Source: an uncultured Gemmatimonadota bacterium (GTDB lineage Bacteria > JAAXHH01). Taken from it: a DNA stretch of 64,000 nucleotides. Location of the stretch: the NCBI GenBank assembly GCA_951812955.1, contig OX638340.1, positions 1,312,001 through 1,376,000 of the forward strand, given 5' to 3'. Numbering within the stretch: the first letter of the stretch is position 1; each line of letters begins with the position of its first letter. Shown in pieces: positions 1 through 9,194 of the stretch. The translations under genes and the position numbers were made by a program. The notes beneath the pieces were generated by a model that saw nothing but the letters and a program-made list of their open reading frames with translations, had not been told where the DNA came from and did no database searches.

Positions 1-266
1 TCATCACGGCACTGACCATTTTCTACAGCATTCTGTCCGTGGCCCTCTTCGTACCCCTTATTGCGGGGCTGTATTCCAGAAAGCCGAATGCCGCGGGCGC
101 ACTGGCGACGATCATCGGTTCCGTTCTCGTGATGACCCTCGTACATCTGGCCACGGACGGGAGTGGAACCGGAGGCGTATCTCCCGCGACCTGGGGCATC
201 GGTACGGCCGTTGCGATTATGGCACTGCACATGGTGTACCGGCGTGACGCAGAACCGGCAGGATGA
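1..266 (+). CDS. sodium:solute symporter (SSS)-like permease, C-terminal fragment (5' end lies outside the window)
   Basis: The reading frame is open from the window edge. The tail is hydrophobic and TM-like (ITALTIFYSILSVALFVPLIAGLYSRKP...GIGTAVAIMALHMVY). The call rests on a short fragment only. Confidence 0.5.
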   Translation, partial: ITALTIFYSILSVALFVPLIAGLYSRKPNAAGALATIIGSVLVMTLVHLATDGSGTGGVSPATWGIGTAVAIMALHMVYRRDAEPAG

Positions 267-349
267 CGTTGGTATCTATTCTGTTTATGCAAAAGACTCG
301 AATTTCAAACGGGCGTAACTGGTAACTCAACCAATCGAAGGAGGAAGAC

Positions 350-1240
350 ATGCTGAATGACCTGCGGGGCGTGATCCCCCCGGCAACCACACCATTCTCG
401 CGGGACGGAGACGTGGACCTCGGGGCCATGAAGGAACAGGTCGACTGGCTGATCGACCAGGGTGCGCACGGCATCGCGGTGGGCGGCAGCACGGGCGAAG
501 GCCATACGTTGGACGTCGACGAATTCCGGGGTCTGGTGGACACGGCCCTGGACGCCGCGGCGGGGCGCGTACCGGTCGTCGCCGGAATCATCGTCGACAG
601 CACCCGCGACGCCGTCCGTAGGGGGCAGGCCATCGCGGACCTGGACGTGGCGGCGTTGCAGGTGACCCCGGTCCATTACCTGTTTCGCCCGGACGATGAT
701 GCCATGCAGGAGCATTTCAGGGTGATGGGCGAGGAAGTGGAACATCCCATCATCATCTACAACGTGGTGCCCTGGAGCTACCTTTCGCCTGAACTGCTCT
801 GCCGGATCATGGACGAAGTGCCCGGAGTCGTCGGGGTGAAGCAGAGCGCCGGAGATCTGAAGCTGTTCGCCGACCTGATGCTCATGGCCGACCCGGAGCA
901 CCTGCTGTTCTGCGCCGTCGACGCCCTGATGTACTCGGCATACGCCCTGGGCGCCCGCGGATCGATCGCGGCCATACTGACGGCGACGCCCCGGGCCTCG
1001 GTGGATGTGTGGGACGCCGTACAGGCCGGAGATCACGCGCGGGCGCTCGATATGCACAAGAAACTGCTGCGACTCTGGAATGCCATGGATGGGACGAACC
1101 TGCCCGCCTGTACCAAGTATGCCCAGACGCTGCAGGGATGCCCCGGCCGATTCCCCCGCGCCCCAATGCAAGAAGCGTCCGACGAGCAGAAGCGGAACAT
1201 TGAAGAAGGACTTGCGCACCTGGGTGCGCTGGACGGATAG
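350..1240 (+). CDS. dihydrodipicolinate synthase / N-acetylneuraminate lyase family aldolase (DapA-like)
   Basis: 296-aa ORF with the family motif GIAVGGSTGEGHTL and the typical length. AGGAGG lies upstream of the ATG. Confidence 0.85.
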   Translation: MLNDLRGVIPPATTPFSRDGDVDLGAMKEQVDWLIDQGAHGIAVGGSTGEGHTLDVDEFRGLVDTALDAAAGRVPVVAGIIVDSTRDAVRRGQAIADLDVAALQVTPVHYLFRPDDDAMQEHFRVMGEEVEHPIIIYNVVPWSYLSPELLCRIMDEVPGVVGVKQSAGDLKLFADLMLMADPEHLLFCAVDALMYSAYALGARGSIAAILTATPRASVDVWDAVQAGDHARALDMHKKLLRLWNAMDGTNLPACTKYAQTLQGCPGRFPRAPMQEASDEQKRNIEEGLAHLGALDG

Positions 1241-1333
1241 TACCGGAAGGTCCGTGCACGACGTATCTTGCGAGTGGGCGGGCGCGCTAATAACAGCGGT
1301 TCGAGGACTGCAGAAATGGAGGATGCATCGCGT

Positions 1334-2434
1334 ATGTCCGCATCGGAGAGCAAGTCGGCATCGGCCCCACGTCCCATCCGCATGGAACCGGATCGCGTGA
1401 CGCGGATCATGGACCTCGTCTTCACGCGTCTGGGCCTGGAATGCGACGAAAGAAAGGTGGTCGTCGAGCGGCTCATGGAGGCCTCCCTTTCCGGGTACCA
1501 CTCCCACGGCGTGATGCGGATAACCATGTATACGGAAGGCATTCGCGTCGGCAATATGATCCCGGGCGCGAAGCTGGACGTCCTGGGTGAAACGGTCTCC
1601 ACGCTGCACCTGGACGCCAACAAGGGCATGGGGCCCTGGACGGCCACCGAGGCCATGAAGCGCGCGGTGGGCAAGGCCGAGGCAACGGGTATCGGTTGCG
1701 TGAGCGTCGTGAACGCCAATGATGTCGCGCGGCTGGGCGGATACGTGGAACAGCCGGCAAAAGACGGTTACATCGCCCTGCTGATGGCCAACGACGCCGG
1801 CGGCAATCCCTGCGTGGCGCCATGGGGCGCGACCTCACCCCTGATGAGCACAAACCCTATGGCCGTCGGTATTCCCCGGAAAGGCGGCGACCCGATCCTC
1901 ATCGATATCTCCACGGGGGTTTCTTCCGAGGGACGGGTCAAGATGCTGCGCAACCGGGGCCAGGCGGTACCCGACGGCTGGCTGATTGACGGAGATGGAC
2001 GGACCACGACGGATGCCGAAACCTACTTTTCAACGCCCAGGCAGGCAGCACTCCTGCCACTGGGCAGCCTGATCGCGGGACACAAGGGGTTCGCGCTGAG
2101 CATACTGGTCGACGTGCTGACTGGTGGCCTGAGCGGCGCGGGCTGCAGCGGCCGGTCGCCGGACGACCTCGACGAGAATGCCCTGTTCATCCTCGTCATC
2201 GACCCCGACAAGTTTGGTTCCAGGTCCGCCTTATCCGCAGAAGTGGACCGGCTCGCTGAGAGCATCAAGGGCGCACGCAAGGCACCCGGAGTCGACGAGA
2301 TCCGTGTGCCCGGCGATGGAGCCCGCAGCGAACGGGAGCGGCAACTGAAACAGGGTATTGAAATCGATCCGCCTGTCTGGTCCTCCATACAGGAAATCAT
2401 GGACGAATTGGGGATTGATCAGGACGGCCTGTAA
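1334..2434 (+). CDS. Ldh family (malate/L-lactate/sulfolactate dehydrogenase type 2) oxidoreductase
   Basis: Motifs SGYHSHGVMRI and LMANDAGGNPCVAPWG are typical of the Ldh_2 family. The start is ambiguous (1316, 1334 or 1382). 1334 was chosen because GGAGGA lies 10 nt upstream. Confidence 0.8.
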   Translation: MSASESKSASAPRPIRMEPDRVTRIMDLVFTRLGLECDERKVVVERLMEASLSGYHSHGVMRITMYTEGIRVGNMIPGAKLDVLGETVSTLHLDANKGMGPWTATEAMKRAVGKAEATGIGCVSVVNANDVARLGGYVEQPAKDGYIALLMANDAGGNPCVAPWGATSPLMSTNPMAVGIPRKGGDPILIDISTGVSSEGRVKMLRNRGQAVPDGWLIDGDGRTTTDAETYFSTPRQAALLPLGSLIAGHKGFALSILVDVLTGGLSGAGCSGRSPDDLDENALFILVIDPDKFGSRSALSAEVDRLAESIKGARKAPGVDEIRVPGDGARSERERQLKQGIEIDPPVWSSIQEIMDELGIDQDGL

Positions 2435-2464
2435 CACGGCGTTCGGCTTCGCTCCCAACAGTCA

Positions 2465-4402
2465 TCAATAACCGCTGTTCCCTAACCTGACACCGATGTA
2501 GCCGGTCATGCCCACGGTTCCGTATCCCAGGATTTCCTCGTACTCCGCATTGAGCAGATTGTCGATCCTTCCGAATAACTGGATGTTCGGTGTGACCTTC
2601 CAATTGGCGGCCACATTCACGATCCCGTAGCCATCCAGCGTTACCGGTGTGGCGGGCCAGGTCGAGAAGTCGTTGTCCCTTCGCTCCCCCGAAAAACGGA
2701 AACTCAGGTTCAGATCTACGCCCTGCCGTACTCGCTGATCAAGGACGATCCCGCCGCTGTGCCTCGGCCGTCTCAATAACTGCTCATCCGACTCATGGTC
2801 CTTCGAATCGGTCAAAGTATAGTAGGCACGCAGGGAAGTTCCCGCGATTCCCACATACCGTCCGGTCAACTCCAACCCCTTGCTTGTGGCCTTGAACACG
2901 TTCTTGTAACTGGATGTTTCGCTGTCCCACCCGACCATATTGTCGAAGGTATTGTCGAAATAGGTCACGCCGGCCACCAGCTTCTGATCGGCCAGGTACT
3001 GCTCCAGCCCCGCTTCCCAGCTCTTGCTGGTCCCGGCCTGGAGCGTGGAATCACCGAAGGAAGAATGCAGTTGAAACAGTGACGGCGCCTTGTAACCCGT
3101 ACCGTAGGCGCCTTTGATCCTGATTCCCGACGCTTCGAAGTACGCGTTTGGCGCGATGCTGTAGGTGACTTTAGAACCGTACCGGCTGTGATGATCGGCT
3201 CGCACGCCAAGGGTTGCAAACAGCGTATTGCCATACTGCAGCAACTCCTGCAGATAAGCACCGGTCATCCTTGCGGATCGGCGATCGAACTTGCTCGGGA
3301 ATCGGCCCCTTGATTCTGATTCTCCCTGTTCCGTTTCGGTTTCGGCGCCGAATACGAGCGTATTCCCGCCAGACAGCATCAGCGTGTTCTGCCAGTCTAT
3401 TTTGTGCAACCGCGCGTAGAACGTGGAGTTCGAAGCCGTTTCCTGGTTCTCGTCCACCGGATTGTCGTCTTCCCTGCTGTGATCGACGAGGCTATATCCC
3501 AGGGTCTGCTTCCATCGCTGCGACCACAATTCGAGGGTGGCCGAGGGACGGACAAACAGTTGCCTGGAGGAGTTTACCCGATTGGGATCGTCCCCATCGG
3601 GACCGGCTCCATTATCGATATCGGCCCGGCCATCCGTGAAACGAAACGTGAGATCGACCGAAGCATTCGCGGCGGGCGTCGCCCCGAAGCGTCCACCCAC
3701 CGTGGTGTTTCGATAGCCGTCTTCTTCCTGGTTCCCCAGGGCATTCGCTGAAATACCCCGAGCGTTCAGGAAGGAGCCGTCGATCGCATACTGGTAACTG
3801 TCCGTTCCGCCATTCAATCCCGCCCGGCTTCGAAACGTACCCAGGGCGCCGCCCTCGAAGGATGCCCCGATCTTTGGCTTACCCTCACCGCGCTTCGTAA
3901 TGATGTTCACGACCCCCGCGATGGCGTCCGACCCGTACAGTGTACTCTGGGACCCGTACAGCACCTCGATACGTTCTACCTGGTCGACGGTCAGATGCGC
4001 CGGGCTGTAGCCGCGACCCGGAGACATGGCATCGTTGACCTCGATTCCATCGATCAGAAACAGGGTGTAGGACGATTCGGCACCGCGAAGAAAAACAGAC
4101 GCGTTATTACCCGTGCCGCCAGCCTGTGCCATGCTCAAACCGCCCACGTCGCGCAGCACGCCGGCGACCGTGTTCTGGCTGCTGCGTTCGATATCGTCGG
4201 CGGTGATTACGGCGATCGAGCTCGACACCTGCCGCAAGGGTGTTTCGATTTTCGCAGCGGTTACGACAACGGCATCCAGAATGTATCTGGGTTCCTGGTC
4301 CACCGGGTCCTCCGGGTCCGGTGAATTCTGCGCAAATCCTGGCGCTGCGGACAGCAGGTAAAAACAGAGCACGGCTTTAATCGCATGTGGTATGTGTTTC
4401 AT
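2465..4402 (-). CDS. btuB: TonB-dependent outer-membrane receptor, vitamin B12 (BtuB)-like
   Basis: Signal peptide MKHIPHAIKAVLCFYLLSAAPGFAQ, a TonB-box/plug region (LDAVVVTAAKIETPL) and a C-terminal barrel ending in an aromatic residue. A cobalamin riboswitch lies directly upstream. The start is set at the internal ATG (4402), which has GGGAGG upstream. Confidence 0.85.
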   Translation of the reverse strand: MKHIPHAIKAVLCFYLLSAAPGFAQNSPDPEDPVDQEPRYILDAVVVTAAKIETPLRQVSSSIAVITADDIERSSQNTVAGVLRDVGGLSMAQAGGTGNNASVFLRGAESSYTLFLIDGIEVNDAMSPGRGYSPAHLTVDQVERIEVLYGSQSTLYGSDAIAGVVNIITKRGEGKPKIGASFEGGALGTFRSRAGLNGGTDSYQYAIDGSFLNARGISANALGNQEEDGYRNTTVGGRFGATPAANASVDLTFRFTDGRADIDNGAGPDGDDPNRVNSSRQLFVRPSATLELWSQRWKQTLGYSLVDHSREDDNPVDENQETASNSTFYARLHKIDWQNTLMLSGGNTLVFGAETETEQGESESRGRFPSKFDRRSARMTGAYLQELLQYGNTLFATLGVRADHHSRYGSKVTYSIAPNAYFEASGIRIKGAYGTGYKAPSLFQLHSSFGDSTLQAGTSKSWEAGLEQYLADQKLVAGVTYFDNTFDNMVGWDSETSSYKNVFKATSKGLELTGRYVGIAGTSLRAYYTLTDSKDHESDEQLLRRPRHSGGIVLDQRVRQGVDLNLSFRFSGERRDNDFSTWPATPVTLDGYGIVNVAANWKVTPNIQLFGRIDNLLNAEYEEILGYGTVGMTGYIGVRLGNSGY

Positions 4403-4492
4403 CTTGCCTCCCGATATGGTAGATGGTTCGGTGCCTGCAAATTGACGACGCGCATTGGGGTCCATCAGGTCGTTGATTCAGATCGATCTCCT

Positions 4493-4537
4493 TTAAATAA
4501 AAAATCCCCGTACCTGAACGTTGTCAGATACGGGGAT
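4493..4537 (-). terminator. intrinsic terminator/attenuator hairpin between the riboswitch aptamer and the btuB start
   Basis: Minus strand reads ATCCCCGTA-(16 nt)-TACGGGGAT followed by TTTTTTATTT. This is a 9-bp GC-rich stem with a U tract, placed in the 5' leader. Confidence 0.65.
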
Positions 4538-4675
4538 GCCGTTTGTCATCCTCGGAATACGGCCACTTGCAGATTACGCCCCAATGAATATACTACGGGA
4601 CAAAAACGCCTGGCGGCCGTACTTACGATTATCCATGTACACCGGACGACTTCAGTCCACGGAAGTCCCGATGAA

Positions 4676-4850
4676 AACTATGGGCAGGTCGGTCTTCTGG
4701 CTTCCGGATCGATCTACTCGCCGCGCCTTCCCATTCCCGGAGGAACAGTGGCTCGAGCACTATGGCTCTTGATGCGGTTTTCGTCCCCGGTCACAGCGAC
4801 GGGTCCGCGACGGATTCGCACCGTCTTCCCAACTTCTCACCTGCTCCTGT
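4676..4850 (-). ncRNA. cobalamin (B12) riboswitch aptamer
   Basis: Minus strand contains GGGAAGACGGTGCGAATCCGTCGCGGACCCGTCGCTGTGA (conserved core). It also contains GCCACTG...GGGAATGGGAAGGCG and the B12 box AGCCAGAAGACCGACCTGCC. Confidence 0.9.
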
Positions 4851-4851
4851 C

Positions 4852-4880
4852 AAGATAGTACCGTTTCGGGGTGAGATCAA
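4852..4880 (-). promoter_or_regulatory. putative sigma70-type promoter driving the riboswitch-btuB transcript
   Basis: Minus strand reads TTGATC-N17-TATCTT, just upstream of the aptamer 5' end. Confidence 0.4.
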
Positions 4881-5006
4881 TCGAAAACTGCGGATTACCT
4901 TAAGGTCGCAGCAAAACTGCTACGTGAGCTACTGGGAAGTGTAATCCTTGATGCGAGGGAGGATTGGTCCGGAGGCGTTCTGGAATCCGCATACAAGCGT
5001 CAATAA

Positions 5007-5762
5007 TTATGACACTTCGATAAGTATCCTGCAATGATCGCTGGGACCCCATTCTTCCGGCTTGTTCAGTGCCGTTGTTCTGATGGAATTCTTCATGCTT
5101 CGTGAAGCAAACACGTAATCCAGCTGCCTGGTGGCCGTCGCAGGTTTTTGACTGGTATGATAGTATGTGGGACCCTGGGGGCCTATCATGGGCAGACCAA
5201 TTGATGACATCCTGTCGAATACTGCTTTCTTGCGGGTCTTCCAGTATTCGTTGCTTCCATCGCCATCCATCACAGTTGTATCTCCAGCCGCGATCATCCT
5301 GAAACTGTTCTTCCTGCCTATAAGCAGCGAGATGTCCGATATGATGCGATGGATCGACGTGTCTACTAGATCACGGCTTTTAAGGCCCGATGATGGATGA
5401 TATGCCTCATACTGGGGACAGAATGACACTACATGAATCGGCCAGTCCCGGAATTTGCCTTCAAGAGGGGTCACAACGGCCGCGGACAGGCATCCCGGAT
5501 GACTGGACTGTATATCATCCAGATAACACACCTTAACCCTGTCGGATGTTTTTACTATAGCACATCTGGATCGTGCTTTGCCCCGACTATCTGGTCTAAG
5601 TGGGTCCTTTTTGTAGTATGGCGCAGGATCCACTTCAATTCTGCCAGCCACATCCTTTGGCGGTTTATAGCCTTCCTGGAGCAGGACAATATCTACGTCC
5701 AGATCAGGCAAGGATCTCCATGCCGCCCTGCGATGCCCGATATTCCAGCAGACCAGTTTCAT
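5007..5762 (-). CDS. endonuclease/exonuclease/phosphatase (EEP) family protein, copy 1
   Basis: N-terminus MKLVCWNIG, then LLQE, AAGD and C-terminal PSDHCRI, which are EEP catalytic-motif positions. Paralog of 32432..33244. The longest ORF starts at 5783, but 5762 has GGAG upstream and aligns with the paralog N-terminus. Local GC is about 48%. Confidence 0.75.
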   Translation of the reverse strand: MKLVCWNIGHRRAAWRSLPDLDVDIVLLQEGYKPPKDVAGRIEVDPAPYYKKDPLRPDSRGKARSRCAIVKTSDRVKVCYLDDIQSSHPGCLSAAVVTPLEGKFRDWPIHVVSFCPQYEAYHPSSGLKSRDLVDTSIHRIISDISLLIGRKNSFRMIAAGDTTVMDGDGSNEYWKTRKKAVFDRMSSIGLPMIGPQGPTYYHTSQKPATATRQLDYVFASRSMKNSIRTTALNKPEEWGPSDHCRILIEVS

Positions 5763-5798
5763 CCAGATCTCCAAACGGTCCATCTGAAGATCGCAGCA

Positions 5799-6179
5799 CT
5801 ATGGCTTGTCGTCAAAGTACGGAGAGCAGTTTTGTTTCCAGGCCAGCCAGGTCCGACTGCCGTCGGAAGCCACAATGACGTGATCTTTGAACTTTTCCGG
5901 TATATTGGTGATTTTGCCTTGAGGGCCTTCGCCCGTTACGAACAGATCGTCCAGCGTCGTCCTTTCATGAAACAACCTGCTCTTTCCTTCGTGCACGGCG
6001 TCCTTTATTTCTGAAATCACCTGTCTGAATTCTTCTTCTATATCATCGGTTATTGTTTCCCTTTCCGACATTGTCCTTGTCTCCTTGTAGGCTTCCCACA
6101 ACCGCTTGACATGTTTGGCATACCTAAAATACTTCGCAAGCTCCAGAAGCAGTTCGAGGTATTCGGTCATGACCTGCAA
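5799..6179 (-). CDS. hypothetical protein (126 aa), upstream partner of EEP copy 1
   Basis: ORF co-directional with the EEP gene, 15-36 nt upstream of it depending on which EEP start is used, in the same low-GC patch. No motif recognised. Confidence 0.5.
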   Translation of the reverse strand: MQVMTEYLELLLELAKYFRYAKHVKRLWEAYKETRTMSERETITDDIEEEFRQVISEIKDAVHEGKSRLFHERTTLDDLFVTGEGPQGKITNIPEKFKDHVIVASDGSRTWLAWKQNCSPYFDDKP

Positions 6180-6285
6180 TGCCTGATTTAAAGGATACCC
6201 AATGCCGCCCTGAATTCAAAGGTATTCCCGATAAACATCCAAACAGCACCCTTGTACCTGGCATAGCCTCAGTTTTCTACCACAA

Positions 6286-7941
6286 TCACCACCTGGCGTT
6301 TAACTGCAAAATCCATCGTGTTTCGACGAGGGGAACCTTGAGTTGATCGTAGCGGGTCTGACGTGTCCGCGTATAACGCACCACGGTGGAAACGCCCGAT
6401 CCGACCGGTCCGTACAGCAGGATAACCCACCTATCGCGGCGGTTGGATCGAAATAGGGAGGTCGATTCCTCCGGCTCGGGTAACCCGGCCAACGTGTATT
6501 CCCACTGGGCGGACAGGCTGACACGGTCCCTGGACCGGTATCGCATGTACAATCGCAGATCGTGCGCGGGATTCAAACCGGACTGGCCGCGTCGCTCGTA
6601 GCGGGCCCGCCACTGGACCCGGGCGGGCAGCCGCCAGGCCATCTGACCTCGCCAGGATTCCAGCAGAACCGATCCATCAATTCTATGCGCATCCATCTCA
6701 CGGCGCCACACGCCCGAGAGTACGAGGCCGCCGTTCATTCTTCGGCGAAATCGGAAGGTGCTGCGCCGGTACAACTCCAAGTTGGTCAACCGGGGTTCAA
6801 CGCTCAGTTGCAGCGTGGTCCGGCGGTCCGGCCGCCAGCGCAGGAGCAGGCTCTGCCACGTCCGTTCGGACTTCTCGATGAACCGGGCATTCGGCTGACG
6901 GTGGATAGTCAGTCCCCCTTCCACGCGCTCCATGCTCCAGATCATGCCCCCCTGAACGGTCTGGTATCCCTCATCGTCGATGGCCATTTCACCGAACAGA
7001 TTCGTACCGCCGAAGAGCAAGTCCAGGTCCACGCCAGCACGTACGCGACCTTCCGTGTGAATGGCCGAGATACCGATCAGTCCACTGTTTCGCTTCCAGT
7101 CCAGGCGGCCCCCAGGTTCCCATTTTCCCGATGCGGTCCGTGAGAGGATCCCCGTCAGGCTATAACCTGGGCGGGCAATCCGCAGCGCCACGCCACGACG
7201 GGCGCCGGATACGTAGGTCGTTCTTACGGGTCTCAGTCCCCGGACACGGCGTTTCACGGACGCACTTAGACTGGCCGTCGAAGGCCGGATCGAATGACTG
7301 CGCCACACCAGTCCCTGGCCGAAATCCACTTCGTAGTATCCCAGGATCAACATGCGGGATGCATCCGCCTGACCCAGTTCCAGGTATCCCGACCGCCACC
7401 GGGTTTCACCGTCTCGATCCCGGCGTTCCCCCCGTCCGCCCAGTCTGAACGACCGTCCGAGTTCAATGTCCCCCTGCAGACCGAGGATGCCGTTTCCCGT
7501 CGCTTCCGGACGGTCGGTGCGGCTTCGCGACAGGCGCCCGCGACCCGCGGTTTTAAAGGTGCGGACACCGTCCGCCCGAATAAAGGGACTGATTCGGGAT
7601 ACAAGAGCCTCCGTGAAACCTGGAATTCGAACGAGTTCCCCCACGCTGGTGAAGGGGCCGAGCTTTTCACGCCAGGTGACGACGGCTCCGGCGAGCGCCG
7701 GCGTGATCCACGGCAGTTGTTCCAGCTCGGTCCGGCTGGCCCGGTTGATATCGAGCGGGTCGCGCCGCAAGGAGACCAGCAGCGCGATGTCCTCCGGATC
7801 GATGTCTGCTGCTTCCCGGTCGATCAGTGCATCAATGGAGTAGTCTGGTTCCTGCCCCGACCGTTCTTCAGGAGAGAAAATCATCATTGCTAGGTACACG
7901 GAGACCAGAATTCGCCATGCGTGGTACATGAACCGGCTCAT
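6286..7941 (-). CDS. ComEA-type helix-hairpin-helix domain fused to a predicted outer-membrane beta-barrel
   Basis: N-terminal signal-like segment, then the HhH motif region INRASRTELEQLPWITPALAGAVVTWREKLGPFTSVGELVRIPGF. About 420 aa of alternating R/G/aromatic beta-strand-like sequence follow, ending ...LQLNARW (C-terminal aromatic residue). Confidence 0.7.
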   Translation of the reverse strand: MSRFMYHAWRILVSVYLAMMIFSPEERSGQEPDYSIDALIDREAADIDPEDIALLVSLRRDPLDINRASRTELEQLPWITPALAGAVVTWREKLGPFTSVGELVRIPGFTEALVSRISPFIRADGVRTFKTAGRGRLSRSRTDRPEATGNGILGLQGDIELGRSFRLGGRGERRDRDGETRWRSGYLELGQADASRMLILGYYEVDFGQGLVWRSHSIRPSTASLSASVKRRVRGLRPVRTTYVSGARRGVALRIARPGYSLTGILSRTASGKWEPGGRLDWKRNSGLIGISAIHTEGRVRAGVDLDLLFGGTNLFGEMAIDDEGYQTVQGGMIWSMERVEGGLTIHRQPNARFIEKSERTWQSLLLRWRPDRRTTLQLSVEPRLTNLELYRRSTFRFRRRMNGGLVLSGVWRREMDAHRIDGSVLLESWRGQMAWRLPARVQWRARYERRGQSGLNPAHDLRLYMRYRSRDRVSLSAQWEYTLAGLPEPEESTSLFRSNRRDRWVILLYGPVGSGVSTVVRYTRTRQTRYDQLKVPLVETRWILQLNARW

Positions 7942-7942
7942 T

Positions 7943-8752
7943 TCAGCCGAATTCCATGGTGACAGAAAACCGGTGCGTGATGCCTAGCAGGGAGTGAGAC
8001 GACAGGGCGTAATCCGTTTTCACGCGGCCCTTTTCCAGGCCCAGGCCAACATAGAACAGTGACGGATCGGTCGTCAGACCCGCCCGGATCGTTACAACCT
8101 CGGCCAGGTGAAACTCCTGCCCCACCCTCGTGGTGTAGCCGTGGCGGGGGTGGTGGTCGAACTGGAACGAAACCGTCAGGCGGTCTCCCGTCCTGCTCAG
8201 CCCCGCCTGGATGATACGCGGATTCTCAGTTGCCGTGCCGGACTCCTTGAGAAGTGCGACGGCATGGGCCATCGCGCCGAGACGAAGTTGATACGGGAGA
8301 TCTATGAGGACACCCGCGTCCAACGCGACGGCGGAAGCGCCTTCGTAGTTTTTGACTGCAAGGCTCAATCGGCGAAGCGTAAGTCCCGCATGGAATCTCC
8401 TGCTGATGGATCGTCCGTAGGAAAGGCCGAACACACCCTCCCGGTACAACGAGCTTCCGAGACCGTGGTAGAACAGGCCGATGTGGCCCAGGACGGTAGG
8501 TGCGACACCGGAGATGGCCACCTGGGCCAGCTCTTTCATGCCGAATAGCCGCGTGTAGTGGCTCGTCAATGCGAACCGGCCGACCTGGGGCGTACCGCCC
8601 GGATTGAGGAAGGCCGCTTCGGCGTCATCCGCGACGGCTACGAAAGCGCCCGCCATGCCGACCGGCCTCGCACCGGCAAAAACTGGTTCGAATGCGCTCC
8701 AGGCCGTACCTGGAGTCAATAGCAGTAACAACAGCGGTAGTATCCGTTTCAT
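7943..8752 (-). CDS. PorV/PorQ- or FadL-like outer-membrane beta-barrel protein
   Basis: Signal peptide MKRILPLLLLLLTPGTAWS, the motif GARPVGMAGAFVAVADDAEAAFLNPGG, and a C-terminal F. Its stop is 1 nt from the downstream HhH-barrel start, suggesting an operon. Confidence 0.6.
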   Translation of the reverse strand: MKRILPLLLLLLTPGTAWSAFEPVFAGARPVGMAGAFVAVADDAEAAFLNPGGTPQVGRFALTSHYTRLFGMKELAQVAISGVAPTVLGHIGLFYHGLGSSLYREGVFGLSYGRSISRRFHAGLTLRRLSLAVKNYEGASAVALDAGVLIDLPYQLRLGAMAHAVALLKESGTATENPRIIQAGLSRTGDRLTVSFQFDHHPRHGYTTRVGQEFHLAEVVTIRAGLTTDPSLFYVGLGLEKGRVKTDYALSSHSLLGITHRFSVTMEFG

Positions 8753-8881
8753 TTGGGCTCCCATCTCGAAATGATCGACTTGTTTCTCTATTCAAAGCGC
8801 CACACTTCATCAGTCGGAAGCACATCATGAAATCTCGTTTTAGACTGCCATTAATCGGCCTGAACCCGCTCCAATCTCGTA

Positions 8882-8909
8882 TTGACTCCCACCCCTGATC
8901 CCGTATATT
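8882..8909 (+). promoter_or_regulatory. putative promoter of the tRNA-Arg pair
   Basis: TTGACT-N16-TATATT ends 11 nt before the first tRNA. Confidence 0.5.
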
Positions 8910-8920
8910 GTGGATGGTGC

Positions 8921-8994
8921 GCCCCAGTAGCTCAGTTGGACAGAGCATCGGACTTCTAATCCGAGGGTCGCAGGTTCGAATCCTGCCTGGGGTA
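8921..8994 (+). tRNA. tRNA-Arg (anticodon TCT)
   Basis: Cloverleaf folded by hand: acceptor GCCCCAG/CTGGGGT, D arm GCTC..GAGC, anticodon arm TCGGA-CTTCTAA-TCCGA, T arm GCAGG-TTCGAAT-CCTGC. Length 74 nt. Confidence 0.93.
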
Positions 8995-9054
8995 TGGGAA
9001 CCGGGCTTTCAGCGTAGTCCGCGCAGTGGTTGCGCCGGTTCCCGGTTCCCCCGT

Positions 9055-9128
9055 GCGTCCGTAGCTCAGCTGGATAGAGCAACTGACTTCGGATCAGTAG
9101 GTCGGGGGTTCGAATCCCTCCGGGCGTA
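9055..9128 (+). tRNA. tRNA-Arg (anticodon TCG)
   Basis: Acceptor GCGTCCG/CGGGCGT, anticodon arm ACTGA-CTTCGGA-TCAGT, T arm GGGGG-TTCGAAT-CCCTC. Length 74 nt. Confidence 0.93.
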
Positions 9129-9194
9129 TACATTTCATCGACATCCCCATCTGTTCATCGTTTCCAAGGCATCGATTGCCGGGAAGGAACGACC

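Noticed and set aside
305-1609. A 434-aa minus-strand ORF overlapping the DapA-like and Ldh2 genes.
   Set aside because: It is a shadow ORF antisense to two well-supported genes in high-GC DNA. It is R/P/G/H-rich with no motif.
8921-9128. Whether the tandem tRNA-Arg genes mark an integration site for the nearby low-GC EEP islet.
   Set aside because: The islet (5007-6179) is separated from the tRNAs by two high-GC outer-membrane genes. No integrase is visible, and I could see no direct repeat of a tRNA 3' end in the window.
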